42,445 bases of DNA from an uncultured bacterium (GCA_937132045.1 CAKZNX010000069.1:1-42445), one strand, 5' to 3'. Counted from the first letter of the stretch, positions 10,268 through 20,096 are shown. The notes: generated by a model not told the origin, from the sequence alone. Numbers and translations are program-made.

Positions 10268-11242
10268 ATGAACGAGCCAGCCACGGAAGCGGCTACAGCA
10301 CCGGAGAGGCGCGCACGCCGCGGGGCAGCCACGTTCTGGTCAGACCGTCTGTTTCGGGTAACCGCTGTGGTGTGCGCCTCCGTGCTGGGGTTTCTGGTGC
10401 TGTTCTTCGGCTACGAGCTGTGGCAATCGTCTACCTTGAGCATTCGCACCTTCGGGTGGCGGTTCTGGATATCTCAGGAGTGGGACCCGGTACGAGAGCG
10501 TTACGGCGCGCTACCCTTTATCTGGGGAACGCTCGTCACCTCGATTGCTGCGCTGCTCCTCGCCGTGCCTCTCAGTCTTGGTACTGCCATTTTCATCGCG
10601 GAGGTAGCGCCGCGCTGGCTGAGGCAACCGGTTTCCTTCGTGGTGGAGTTGCTGGCAGCCATTCCATCGGTGGTGTACGGGCTGTGGGGAGTCTTCGTGA
10701 TGGTGCCATGGCTGCGTGAGCACGTTCAGGTGCCGATAGCGCGGCGGTTCGGACAGATTCCCCTGTTTGAAGGTCCTGCCTTCGGTGTGAGCATGATGTC
10801 GGCAATCCTCATCCTCGCCGTGATGATTATCCCCTACATCACTGCCGTCTCGCGGGAGGTGATTTTGGCGGTGCCGCAGTCGCAGCGTGAAGCCTCGTAT
10901 GGGCTGGGCGCTACTCGCTGGGAGACTATTCGCAGGGTGGTATTGCGCTACGCCCGGGTGGGCATCCTCGGCGGGATTATTCTGGGATACGGGCGCGCAG
11001 TGGGCGAGACAATGGCGGTGACAATGGTCATCGGAAACCGTCCGGATATTACCATGTCGCTATTGCAGCCGGGGTACACCATGGCGAGCGTCATTGCGAA
11101 CGAGTTTACTGAGGCAACCTCGCCGCTGTATCTGTCTGCCCTCACCGAATTGGGGCTTTTGCTATTCATCATCACCCTTCTCATTAACGCGCTGGCACGG
11201 TTCCTGGTGTGGCGCGTTACGCGGGGGGAGGTGCGTCACTGA
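10268..11242 (+). CDS. pstC: Phosphate ABC transporter permease PstC
   Basis: ELLAAIPSVVYGLWG, EASYGLGATRWE, GRAVGETMAV. Confidence 0.95.
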   Translation: MNEPATEAATAPERRARRGAATFWSDRLFRVTAVVCASVLGFLVLFFGYELWQSSTLSIRTFGWRFWISQEWDPVRERYGALPFIWGTLVTSIAALLLAVPLSLGTAIFIAEVAPRWLRQPVSFVVELLAAIPSVVYGLWGVFVMVPWLREHVQVPIARRFGQIPLFEGPAFGVSMMSAILILAVMIIPYITAVSREVILAVPQSQREASYGLGATRWETIRRVVLRYARVGILGGIILGYGRAVGETMAVTMVIGNRPDITMSLLQPGYTMASVIANEFTEATSPLYLSALTELGLLLFIITLLINALARFLVWRVTRGEVRH

Positions 11243-12099
11243 TGCGGCTATCGCCCCTGCATGAGCGCTGGCGTCGCGTGCTGAATGCAGTGTCGCTGGG
11301 GTTGTCCGGTGTGTGCGCCGTGGTGGTGATGGCGCCGGTGTTCATCATCCTTGCCTATCTTGTCGCCAACGGCATTCGCTCCGTGAACCTGGAGTTTCTG
11401 AGCAGCCTGCCCAAGCCCCCGGGCGAGCCGGGCGGCGGCATGGCAAACGCCATTGTGGGCAGCTTCTATATGGTCGGGCTGGCGCTCATTCTGTCGCTGC
11501 CCATCGGCGTGGGGGCGGGGGTGTATCTGGCTGAGTTCGGCAACAGCCGGTATGCGCACCTCGTTCGGTTCATCGCAGACGTATTGAACGGCGTACCCAG
11601 TATCGTGATTGGCGTATCGGTTTGGGCGCTGCTGGTGGTACCGATGCGGTCGTTTTCGGCGCTGGCTGGCGGTGTGGCGCTGTCGTTCATCATGATCCCG
11701 ATGATCACCCGCACCACCGAGGAGATGGTGCGCGCAGTGCCCAATGCCCTGCGCGAGGCGTCACTGGGGTTGGGAGCCACATACGCCCGTACTATGTGGA
11801 GCGTGGTGCTGCCAGCGGCGCGCGGCGGTATCGTGACCGGGGTGATGCTGGCGCTGGCGAGGGCTTTCGGGGAGGCAGCACCTCTGCTCTTCACAGCGCT
11901 GGGAAACCGCTTCTGGAACGTCTACCTCGACCGTCCCATGGCGAACCTGCCCACTCAAATATATGAGTATGCCAAATCGCCCTACCAGGACTGGCACCGA
12001 CAGGCGTGGGCAGCAGCGCTGGTACTGATCACAATCGTGCTGGTGCTGAACGTTGTAGCGCGTCTTTCCACACGCGAGCGGTTTCGTGCTCTGAGGTGA
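11242..12099 (+). CDS. pstA: Phosphate ABC transporter permease PstA
   Basis: [42 protein letters not shown] overlap with the pstC stop. Confidence 0.95.
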   Translation: MRLSPLHERWRRVLNAVSLGLSGVCAVVVMAPVFIILAYLVANGIRSVNLEFLSSLPKPPGEPGGGMANAIVGSFYMVGLALILSLPIGVGAGVYLAEFGNSRYAHLVRFIADVLNGVPSIVIGVSVWALLVVPMRSFSALAGGVALSFIMIPMITRTTEEMVRAVPNALREASLGLGATYARTMWSVVLPAARGGIVTGVMLALARAFGEAAPLLFTALGNRFWNVYLDRPMANLPTQIYEYAKSPYQDWHRQAWAAALVLITIVLVLNVVARLSTRERFRALR

Positions 12100-12167
12100 T
12101 AGGTATGAGAGAAGGTTATTCCTCCCTGACTGTCCAACCTGAAGTGTTGATGCAGGAGGATGCATCC

Positions 12168-12968
12168 ATGGCGACGATGGTGTTTCCGCGGCGGGATGAA
12201 GTGACGGCGCCGCCGCAACCCAAAATCAGCACGCGCAACCTGAACGTCTATTATGGCACTTTTCATGCCATCAAGGACGTGACTTTAGATATTTTGCCCA
12301 ACCAGATAACCGCACTGATCGGACCCTCAGGGTGCGGTAAGTCCACCTTCCTGCGCTGTCTGAACCGCATGAACGACCTGATCGAGGGGGCGCGCGTGGA
12401 AGGTTCCGTGCTGCTGGATGGGATAGATATCAACGATGTGCGTACGGATGTGGTGGCACTGCGCAGGCGCGTGGGAATGGTCTTCCAGCGTCCAAACCCG
12501 TTCCCTATGTCCATTTACGACAATGTGGCGTATGGTCCGCGCATCCACGGCATCCGGAAACGCAGCAGGCTGAACCAGATTGTCGAGCGCAGTCTGAAGC
12601 AGGCGGCGTTGTGGGATGAGGTGAAGGACAAACTTCGGCAGTCGGCACTGGCGCTGTCGGGAGGACAGCAGCAACGCTTGTGCATCGCTCGGGTGCTGGC
12701 GGTAGAGCCGGAGGTGTTGTTGATGGACGAGCCAGCATCTGCACTGGACCCGACGGCGACGTTTCGTATCGAGGAGCTGATGCAGGAGCTGAAAAGCCGA
12801 TACACCATCGTCATCGTCACGCACAACATGCAGCAGGCAGCGCGAGTCAGCCATTACACCGGCTTCTTCTATAAAGGCGAGCTGTACGAATTCGGCGAGA
12901 CCGCCAAGATATTCACCAACCCCGACCGCCGTGAGACGGAGGACTACATCCGCGGGCGCTTCGGCTAA
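12168..12968 (+). CDS. pstB: Phosphate ABC transporter ATPase PstB
   Basis: [31 protein letters not shown]. Start is ATG 12168 (AGGAGG SD) or 12105. Confidence 0.95.
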   Translation: MATMVFPRRDEVTAPPQPKISTRNLNVYYGTFHAIKDVTLDILPNQITALIGPSGCGKSTFLRCLNRMNDLIEGARVEGSVLLDGIDINDVRTDVVALRRRVGMVFQRPNPFPMSIYDNVAYGPRIHGIRKRSRLNQIVERSLKQAALWDEVKDKLRQSALALSGGQQQRLCIARVLAVEPEVLLMDEPASALDPTATFRIEELMQELKSRYTIVIVTHNMQQAARVSHYTGFFYKGELYEFGETAKIFTNPDRRETEDYIRGRFG

Positions 12969-12991
12969 GACTATTCAGGAGGCTCAATCCC

Positions 12992-14536
12992 ATGGGACGA
13001 CGAGTGGTTCTGTATGCAATTGCGTTCAGCTGGTTCGTGTGCCTGATAGCAGCGCAGGCACAGCAGGTTGCGACCGGCGTGGTGTTCCACGACCAGAACC
13101 GGAACGGTTCGCGCGACGCGGGGGAACGTGGCATTCCCAACGTGCTGGTCTCCAACGGGCGCGACGTGTTGCGCACCGACAAGCAGGGACGATACCGCCT
13201 GAATGTCACTGACGACACGGTTATCTTTGTCATCAAACCGCGCGGATGGCAGGTTCCCCTGAACGAACACAATCTGCCCCAGCATTCCTACGTACACAAA
13301 CCGAACGGCTCGCCAAAACTGCGCTTCGCGGGCGTGCCTCCGACCGGACCCCTGCCGGTATCGGTGGATTTCGCTCTCGTACCCAGCAAAGAGTCCGACC
13401 GGTTCACGACGATTTTCATGGGTGATACCCAGCCGCGAGACCTGAAAGAGGTCGGTTACATCGCGCGGGATGTGGTGCGAGAGCTGTCCACCCTGAAGGG
13501 CATCACCTTTGCCACCGTGCTGGGCGACATCGTGTTCGACGACTTAACCGTTTTCGACCCGCTCAACCGTGTGCTGGGGCGAATCGGGGTGCCCTGGTAT
13601 CCGGTTATCGGCAATCACGATCTGAACTTCGATACTCAGGAGGATCGCTATTCAGACGAGACGGTTGAGCGCGTTTACGGAGCGCCTTACTATGCCTTCG
13701 AGTACGGCAGAGTGAGCTTCATCGTGCTGGAGAACATCCTGTGGAAGGGTGACGGTTACACCGCCGGGCTCGGTGAATCGCAGGTGGAGTTCGTGCGCAA
13801 CTACCTGCGCCATGTGCCACGAAGTAACCTTGTGGTGCTGATGATGCATATTCCGCTCAATCAGCTGCCCGATGGCGAACGCCGTGCTTTGTTCGAAGCG
13901 CTCGCTCCATTCCCACACACGCTCTCGTTCTCGGCGCATACGCATATCCAGCAGCATCTATTCTTCAGGAAGGAAGACGGTTGGCTGCGCGATGAGCCTC
14001 ATCATCATGTGAACGCGGTGACCGCCTGCGGCAGCTGGTGGACTGGCGTGCCCGACCCGGTTGGCATTCCGCACACGACCATGCGCGACGGCGCCCCCAA
14101 CGGGTACCTGATTGTGGAGTTCCGCGGCAACCGCTACTCCATCGGGTACAAAGCCACGCGCCGACCACCCGAATACCAGATGAACATCTACATGCCCGAC
14201 ATCATCTCTATTGGTGACGTGCCGCAAACTCGCGTGCTGGTGAATGTGTTCTTCGGTTCGGAGAAGTCGCGTGTGGAGATGCGCCTCGGCGACGAGGGAG
14301 ATTGGATACCGATGACGCGCGTACAGGAACCTGACCCTGCCTATGCCGAAATGAAGAAGCTGGAGGAGCAGTACACCCTGCCCGGCAGGAGACTGCCCGG
14401 ACTGATGAACTCGCCACACCTGTGGGCGGCAAATCTGCCAGCGAAGCTGCCGCGGGGCAGTCACGTGCTCACCGTGCGAACCGTTGACATGTTCGGGCAG
14501 GAGTGGGTGGACCGTCATATCTTCGTCGTGCGTTAA
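12992..14536 (+). CDS. Secreted calcineurin-like metallophosphoesterase (MetallophosN/C flanked)
   Basis: Signal peptide; GVVFHDQNRNG N-domain; GDTQ, LGD, GNHD, HIP, AHTH metal motifs; CGSWW and DGAPNGY. Confidence 0.88.
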   Translation: MGRRVVLYAIAFSWFVCLIAAQAQQVATGVVFHDQNRNGSRDAGERGIPNVLVSNGRDVLRTDKQGRYRLNVTDDTVIFVIKPRGWQVPLNEHNLPQHSYVHKPNGSPKLRFAGVPPTGPLPVSVDFALVPSKESDRFTTIFMGDTQPRDLKEVGYIARDVVRELSTLKGITFATVLGDIVFDDLTVFDPLNRVLGRIGVPWYPVIGNHDLNFDTQEDRYSDETVERVYGAPYYAFEYGRVSFIVLENILWKGDGYTAGLGESQVEFVRNYLRHVPRSNLVVLMMHIPLNQLPDGERRALFEALAPFPHTLSFSAHTHIQQHLFFRKEDGWLRDEPHHHVNAVTACGSWWTGVPDPVGIPHTTMRDGAPNGYLIVEFRGNRYSIGYKATRRPPEYQMNIYMPDIISIGDVPQTRVLVNVFFGSEKSRVEMRLGDEGDWIPMTRVQEPDPAYAEMKKLEEQYTLPGRRLPGLMNSPHLWAANLPAKLPRGSHVLTVRTVDMFGQEWVDRHIFVVR

Positions 14537-14586
14537 TTTTCAATTTCCCGTAACTTTGGCGCCTCCTGCAACTGTATGGAATAATG

Positions 14587-14592
14587 TATAAT
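14587..14592 (+). promoter_or_regulatory. Consensus -10 (TATAAT) upstream of phoU
   Basis: TATAAT in an AT-rich intergenic patch 40 nt before the phoU ATG. Confidence 0.45.
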
Positions 14593-14632
14593 GATACCAC
14601 TGATACAGTGCAGGAAGGAGACCGAGTCAGCG

Positions 14633-15343
14633 ATGACCGTCGTACGCCATGCTTTTGACGAGGAACTTCAGCTGCTCCAAAACGAGCTGCTGGCGATGGG
14701 CAGCTACGTGGAGCAGATGCTGGATCATGCTGTGCAGTCTCTGTGTCAGCGCGATGAAGACCTGGCAAAGGACATCGTGCGTCGCGATGATGAAGTGGAC
14801 GAGATGGACGTGAACATCGAGATGCACTGTTTGCGCCTGCTAGCTCTGCAACAGCCTATGGCGCGAGACCTGCGCCTGATCGGCACGGTACTGAAAACCA
14901 TCACCGACCTGGAGCGCATCGGCGACCATTCGGTGGACATCGCGAAAGCAGCAATCAAGCTGAAGGACTACCCCAGTGTGGTCAATCTGGTGGACGTGCC
15001 CCTGATGAAGCAAAAGGTCTGCGGGATGATCCGAGGCGGGCTCGACTCGTTCACGCAACACAACCTCGAACTGGCGTACGACGTGTGCGACATGGATAAC
15101 GAGGTAGACAAGCTCTACCGGCGAATGCGGCGGGCGATTGTCACCGCCATGCAGATCAACCCCAGCAACCTGGAAGCCTGTACACTGATGTTGCTGGTCA
15201 TCTACTATCTGGAGCGCTGTGCCGACCATGCTGTGAACGTGGCGGAGCGCGTGGTGTTCGTGGAGACCGGTGTTCTGCGCCAGCTTGCTGCCAGCCACAG
15301 CGGTGTATGGGTTCCGGAAGAGAACAACGAGAACGATTTCTAG
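14633..15343 (+). CDS. phoU: Phosphate signalling complex protein PhoU
   Basis: QQPMARDLR, DLERIGDH, LERCADHAVNVAE. Confidence 0.95.
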   Translation: MTVVRHAFDEELQLLQNELLAMGSYVEQMLDHAVQSLCQRDEDLAKDIVRRDDEVDEMDVNIEMHCLRLLALQQPMARDLRLIGTVLKTITDLERIGDHSVDIAKAAIKLKDYPSVVNLVDVPLMKQKVCGMIRGGLDSFTQHNLELAYDVCDMDNEVDKLYRRMRRAIVTAMQINPSNLEACTLMLLVIYYLERCADHAVNVAERVVFVETGVLRQLAASHSGVWVPEENNENDF

Positions 15344-15346
15344 GTC

Positions 15347-16024
15347 ATGGGCGTGGATATCGCGCGCAACGTGGCTGAGGTTCGGGAGCGAATCGCCAGC
15401 GCCTGTGCTCGCGCAGGGCGTAAGTCAGACGAGATTGTGCTGATTGCGGTGGCGAAAACGGTGGACGTTGCGCGAATCAGACAGGCAATCTCCGCAGGAA
15501 TCGAGCACTTCGGCGAGAACTATTATCAGGAAGCGCGCGAGAAAATCCCGGCAGTCGAATCTCCCGTGCACTGGCACTTCATCGGGCACCTGCAGAAGAA
15601 CAAAGTGCGGGGCGTAGTGCCCCTTTTTGCATGGATTCATACCGTGGATGATGAGGAGCTGGCAGAGGAGATTGACCGCCGCGCGCAAGCGATGGGCAAA
15701 CATCAGCGCGTGTTGATTGAGGTGAACATCGCCCGCGAACCGCAGAAGTTCGGCGCTGCTCCCGAACAGGTACTGGCTCTGGCGGAGCGCATCGCTGCCC
15801 TGCCGAATGTGCGCCTCGAAGGACTGATGGGCATGGCACCCATGGTGGAGCGGGCGGAAGAGGCGCGCCCTTACTTTGCAGAACTGCGTCGCCTGTTCGA
15901 AAGGCTGCCTGAGGCGCACCGTGTGCATCTCTCGATGGGAATGACGCAGGACTACGAAGTGGCTATCGAGGAAGGCGCCACGATGGTGCGGATCGGCACG
16001 GCAATCTTCGGTCCGCGGGGCTGA
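15347..16024 (+). CDS. yggS: YggS/PLPBP pyridoxal-phosphate homeostasis protein
   Basis: AVAKT, GENY, WHFIGHLQxNK, LSMGMTQD, GATMVRIGTAIFG. Confidence 0.93.
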   Translation: MGVDIARNVAEVRERIASACARAGRKSDEIVLIAVAKTVDVARIRQAISAGIEHFGENYYQEAREKIPAVESPVHWHFIGHLQKNKVRGVVPLFAWIHTVDDEELAEEIDRRAQAMGKHQRVLIEVNIAREPQKFGAAPEQVLALAERIAALPNVRLEGLMGMAPMVERAEEARPYFAELRRLFERLPEAHRVHLSMGMTQDYEVAIEEGATMVRIGTAIFGPRG

Positions 16025-16038
16025 AGGAGGGTGAATCG

Positions 16039-16443
16039 GTGCAGGAACCTTTTGAGGAAGAAGGTCGGTCGTGGTGGGCAAAGCTGCGCGAGCGGCTGTT
16101 TGGTGCGGTGGAGGAAGAGGAGGATACTGGCGCCACCGTGATTCGGCTCCACTCCCGCGCGGCGCAGCGGGTGAACGTGCTGTATGCTCGCACAATGGAG
16201 GACGCCCGACGGGCAGCGGACGGGCTGAAAGCCGGTAACCAGCAGCTGGTGAACTTTCAGTATGCAGACCCCCGCCTTCGCGAGCGGGTGGTGGACTTCC
16301 TGATGGGTGTGGTGTACGCGCTGGAGGGTACCGTAGAACGGGTGCACGAGCAGGTGTTTCTGTTTGCCCCTGCGAATGTGCAGGTGGATACCACCAACGT
16401 GGAGGACTTTCATAACGGATCATGGAGTGAGCGCGGAGGGTGA
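16039..16443 (+). CDS. sepF: Cell division protein SepF
   Basis: RVVDFLMGVVYALEG...VFLFAPANV; sits between yggS and proC, a conserved context. Confidence 0.88.
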   Translation: MQEPFEEEGRSWWAKLRERLFGAVEEEEDTGATVIRLHSRAAQRVNVLYARTMEDARRAADGLKAGNQQLVNFQYADPRLRERVVDFLMGVVYALEGTVERVHEQVFLFAPANVQVDTTNVEDFHNGSWSERGG

Positions 16444-17252
16444 GCCTTCAGGGGAAAACCATAGCCGTTATCGGCACGGGGGCGATGGGTTCGGCGACCT
16501 GCCGCGGGTTGCTGAAAGCGAACGCGGTCGCACCCGATCAGATTATCGCCGCGGACGTGCACCACGAGAAGGTGGGCGTACTGGTAAGAGAGCTGGGCAT
16601 ACGCTCGGCGGCGACGAACGTGGAGGCAGCACGGCAAGCAGACATTATCCTGCTGTGCGTCAAGCCCTACCTGATTCACGACGTGGTGGAACAGATCGCT
16701 GCTGTGGTCACCCCGGACAAGCTGATTATTTCCATCGCGGCAGGCGTGCCGATTTCCCGAATTGAAGACCTTCTGCCACCGAGCACACCGGTCATACGCG
16801 CCATGCCTAATACCTGCGCCATTGTAGGGGCGGGCGCTGCTGCCTACTCGCGGGGACGGTATGCTACGGCAGAACACGCTGCTGCCGCTCACGAAATCTT
16901 CACCTCCTTCGGCGAGGCGGTGGAGGTGGAGGAACATCTGTTGAACGCCGTCACCGCTATCAGCGGAAGCGGTCCGGCTTACGCCTATCTGATGATCGAA
17001 GCGCTATCTGATGGGGGCGTGCGGGCGGGACTGCCGCGCGACATAGCCACCTTCCTCGCCGCGCAGACGCTGCTGGGCGCCGCCAAGATGGTGCTGGAGA
17101 CGGGAATGCACCCTGCTCAGCTGAAGGACATGGTGACCACGCCGGCTGGCACCACCATCGCCGCGCTGGTGGTCATGGAGCGGGCAGGCGTGCGTTCCGC
17201 GCTGATCGAGGCGGTAGCCGCAGCCATCGAGCGAGCGGACGAGCTCTCTTAG
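16440..17252 (+). CDS. proC: Pyrroline-5-carboxylate reductase
   Basis: IGTGAMG, RAMPN, SGSGPAY, VTTPAGTT. Confidence 0.95.
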   Translation: MSLQGKTIAVIGTGAMGSATCRGLLKANAVAPDQIIAADVHHEKVGVLVRELGIRSAATNVEAARQADIILLCVKPYLIHDVVEQIAAVVTPDKLIISIAAGVPISRIEDLLPPSTPVIRAMPNTCAIVGAGAAAYSRGRYATAEHAAAAHEIFTSFGEAVEVEEHLLNAVTAISGSGPAYAYLMIEALSDGGVRAGLPRDIATFLAAQTLLGAAKMVLETGMHPAQLKDMVTTPAGTTIAALVVMERAGVRSALIEAVAAAIERADELS

Positions 17253-18208
17253 TTCAGCGGCGGCAACGCGCTTGCTTCGTCCAGTATCGCTTTCTCCTCC
17301 GGCGGTAACAGCCCGCTCCAGTTGTTCAGGATCAGGTTCAGCTGCTCCATGTTACGTGCGCCGATGATGGCGCTGGTCACCGCCGGGTGGCTTAAGGTCC
17401 ACGCGATGGCGGTCTGGACAAGCGGGCGGTCAAACTGTTTCAGTACCTCGACAATGCGCTGTGCCCTTTCAATGTTATGCGGTTTGGCGCGTCGTTCCAA
17501 AAACCACTGGTTCTCCGCGGCGCGAGTGCCCGGTGGAGGAGGCTCGCCGGGACGATACTTGCCGGTGAGGATGCCTCCCGCCAGCGGACTGTACACCATC
17601 ACACCCACACCCTCCGCCCGACACAGGGGCAGAATCTCCATCTCCACCACGCGGTCGATCAGGTTGTAGCGGGGCTGGATGCTGTCGAAGCGCGACCAGC
17701 CCTGTTTATCGCTGATCCACAGCGCCTTGCACAGCTGCCATGCGCTGAAGTTGGAACAGCCGATGTAGCGCACTTTGCCCTGACGGACAAGGTCGTTGAG
17801 GGCGCTCAGTGTTTCTTCCAGAGGGGTGGTCTCGTCCCAGGAATGCACCTGATACAGGTCGATATGGTCGGTTTGCAGGCGACGCAGACTGCGCTCCGCC
17901 TCGCGCAGGATGTGGTAGCGTGACAGCCCCTCGTTGTTCGGTCCCTCGCCGACGGGCGCCCGCACCTTGGTGGCGATGACCACGTTGTCTCGGTGTGCCT
18001 TCAGTGCTTTGCCGAGTATTTCTTCCGAGCGTCCGCGGGTATACACGTTCGCCGTGTCGAAGAAGTTGATGCCCGCCTCCAGACACCGCTCCACCATGGC
18101 GATGGAGGTTACCTCATCCGCCTCTCCGCCAAAGGTCATGCAGCCCATGCACAGTTCCGACACCCACAGTCCCGTTCTGCCCAGACGTTGATAACGCACT
18201 TGTGGCAC
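17249..18208 (-). CDS. Aldo/keto reductase
   Basis: GINFFDTANVY, IATK, DLYQVH, YIGCSNF, YSPLAGG. Confidence 0.93.
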   Translation of the reverse strand: MPQVRYQRLGRTGLWVSELCMGCMTFGGEADEVTSIAMVERCLEAGINFFDTANVYTRGRSEEILGKALKAHRDNVVIATKVRAPVGEGPNNEGLSRYHILREAERSLRRLQTDHIDLYQVHSWDETTPLEETLSALNDLVRQGKVRYIGCSNFSAWQLCKALWISDKQGWSRFDSIQPRYNLIDRVVEMEILPLCRAEGVGVMVYSPLAGGILTGKYRPGEPPPPGTRAAENQWFLERRAKPHNIERAQRIVEVLKQFDRPLVQTAIAWTLSHPAVTSAIIGARNMEQLNLILNNWSGLLPPEEKAILDEASALPPLN

Positions 18209-18228
18209 CTCGTTGTTTCCTGATCTTT

Positions 18229-18792
18229 TCAGGGTCTTCTAGCCCGCCCTGGTATTGGACGGGAAGAGTAGGCAGGCTGGCTCCAATCTGGGTCGTCATC
18301 GAAGAGTGACGGCGTGGTTGCTCTTCGCAGTTCGGATTCGGTCTGACAAGTCCCATCCCTCCGAATATGAACCGCATCGATACCATAGTGGTCAAATAGA
18401 TGTCTGGCTATCAGCAGACGACGGTGGCAATGCTTAGGGTCTTCTTCGGCACACATCAGGGCAACTCGTCTCTCTTGACCGAGCACGTCCAGAACTTTCT
18501 GGATACCTTGCTTGAACACGCTGGTATTGCTGAAGGCATCATAGTTAGCGTAACCGCGCTGGTCGTAAAGGTCATCCCCATCCAGTCTGCCTCCCAGAAG
18601 ATTACCCATGTAGCAGTAAATGATGCCTGTCGCACCCAGAGCCGACTCGAGGCTTGCCCTGTCAAACTGAGTATGCCAGCGCGATGTTGGAACAGACCGA
18701 ACGTCAATGAGCGTGTCCACTGTGTGCATGCGGAGCAACTCGATGAATCGCTCAATCTGGTGGTTGGAGTGCCCTATTGTAAACAGTGGCAT
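18229..18792 (-). CDS. DUF488 family protein (HisSer-type N-terminus)
   Basis: FTIGHS, IDVRSxP, LGGR, ALMCAE-x4-CHR motifs. GGGGAG SD. Confidence 0.88.
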   Translation of the reverse strand: MPLFTIGHSNHQIERFIELLRMHTVDTLIDVRSVPTSRWHTQFDRASLESALGATGIIYCYMGNLLGGRLDGDDLYDQRGYANYDAFSNTSVFKQGIQKVLDVLGQERRVALMCAEEDPKHCHRRLLIARHLFDHYGIDAVHIRRDGTCQTESELRRATTPSLFDDDPDWSQPAYSSRPIPGRARRP

Positions 18793-18829
18793 GTGTGCTC
18801 TCCCCTGTGTTGACGTGCTCTACTACCAG

Positions 18830-18838
18830 ATTATAGCA
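18830..18838 (-). promoter_or_regulatory. Extended -10 promoter inside the DUF488 cassette
   Basis: Minus strand TGcTATAAT, a perfect extended -10, in the 52-nt gap before the 18229-18792 gene. Confidence 0.55.
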
Positions 18839-18844
18839 TGTTTC

Positions 18845-19561
18845 TTATGGCGCAGCATCAAGCCCTCGTTCATCTTTGCCGTTCTGGGTTAAGGCTGGTT
18901 TGCCATAGTATTGGGACACCTGAAGGTAGCATACCGGTTCGACACCCTGAGTCCTGCTCCACCAGCGGGCTAATGACAGACGAAGCAGACCGCCAGCCGG
19001 AATCACGTCAACCTCCAGCGGGGCTTCGGCAATGTAGGGTACAACAATGTTGCGGTATTCTGAACGCAGGCGGATTTTGCCTTCGGTAGTGCGCCAGACT
19101 TCCAGTTCGTGCGGTGGTATCCAGAAACAGGTGCTAAAGCTCGGAACACCTGTTCGCCGTTCAATAAATCGTGAACCGGTTTCTGAACTCACCTGCAAGA
19201 GTCCCTCAAACACGGTGTCAATGCTACCCCTATACAGGGGCACAACAGAGTTTTGTGTGATAATCTGCATCAGCCTATCGGCTATGGGTGGTGCTAGCGT
19301 GCCTGCGAGGCGCAGATGTTGAACACGGCAGTCTTCCGTGTGAGGGGGGCGTATGTTTGGGCTGGGAAGATATTCCAGCTCCAATATCTGCCCGACCTTG
19401 AAGGCAAATTCCTCGGCGTGATAAAAGGCTCCGTCCGCCTTGTGAAGGCGGAGGTTGCGTATTGGCGTGTAGCCAGTTGATGTTTGTTCCAGCTCAAGTG
19501 CCCCCACGCACTTTCGCCCTTCGCGCATCCGGGTTACTGCTACGATAGCAGCAAGACTCAT
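18845..19561 (-). CDS. Dual-OB-fold (DuOB-like) domain protein
   Basis: TRM-x4-CVG, xxRL, PPHTED, LRLSLAR, CYLQV pattern. ATG 19561 overlaps the upstream TGA (ATGA coupling). Confidence 0.7.
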   Translation of the reverse strand: MSLAAIVAVTRMREGRKCVGALELEQTSTGYTPIRNLRLHKADGAFYHAEEFAFKVGQILELEYLPSPNIRPPHTEDCRVQHLRLAGTLAPPIADRLMQIITQNSVVPLYRGSIDTVFEGLLQVSSETGSRFIERRTGVPSFSTCFWIPPHELEVWRTTEGKIRLRSEYRNIVVPYIAEAPLEVDVIPAGGLLRLSLARWWSRTQGVEPVCYLQVSQYYGKPALTQNGKDERGLDAAP

Positions 19562-20061
19562 GGGCGCAAATGTACGACCTCCAGTGCCAGCTTCTGCGAG
19601 AGAAAGTCCGCGAGAATAGACCGGTGGCACGCCTCTGGTTCGCGCTCCACGCACAGTAACGCAACCACGCTTGCTCTCGGATGAATACTATCGAGAAACG
19701 AAGCGTCAGAGGCGCTATGCTGTATCTGCTGCGTGTAGACTTCGACGAATTCGGGAGATAGATGCGTTCTGTTTCGCTTGCGAATCTTGCCATCCTTGTC
19801 CTTTTGCTTTTGTATGAGACGAATTTCCTGGGTCGGTGCCAGTTGCTTGAGATGGATATACTCTATTCCGTTTTGATGCAAAAGGTCGCTAAGCGCCTTA
19901 GCATTGGCGAAGCGATAGGAGCTTCCGCGAACACCTCTGCGCTGCCTCACGTCCACAACCACTTCCACTTGATGCTCCCTGAGGTCCGCGACAAAACGCT
20001 CTTCAGTCCACCCGTAAACGCCTATCGTGACGATTCGCTTCAAGGACTGACAATATACCAA
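19558..20061 (-). CDS. DUF488 family protein (second subtype)
   Basis: VTIGVYG, VDVR, YIHLKQLAP, LLCVE-x4-CHR. TTG start with AAGGAGG SD upstream. Confidence 0.85.
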   Translation of the reverse strand: MVYCQSLKRIVTIGVYGWTEERFVADLREHQVEVVVDVRQRRGVRGSSYRFANAKALSDLLHQNGIEYIHLKQLAPTQEIRLIQKQKDKDGKIRKRNRTHLSPEFVEVYTQQIQHSASDASFLDSIHPRASVVALLCVEREPEACHRSILADFLSQKLALEVVHLRP

Positions 20062-20096
20062 CCTCCACGACCTCCTTTGTCATGCCATTTCTGCGC

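Noticed and set aside
15347-17252. yggS-sepF-proC cluster as a novelty
   Set aside because: Well-known conserved gene neighbourhood.
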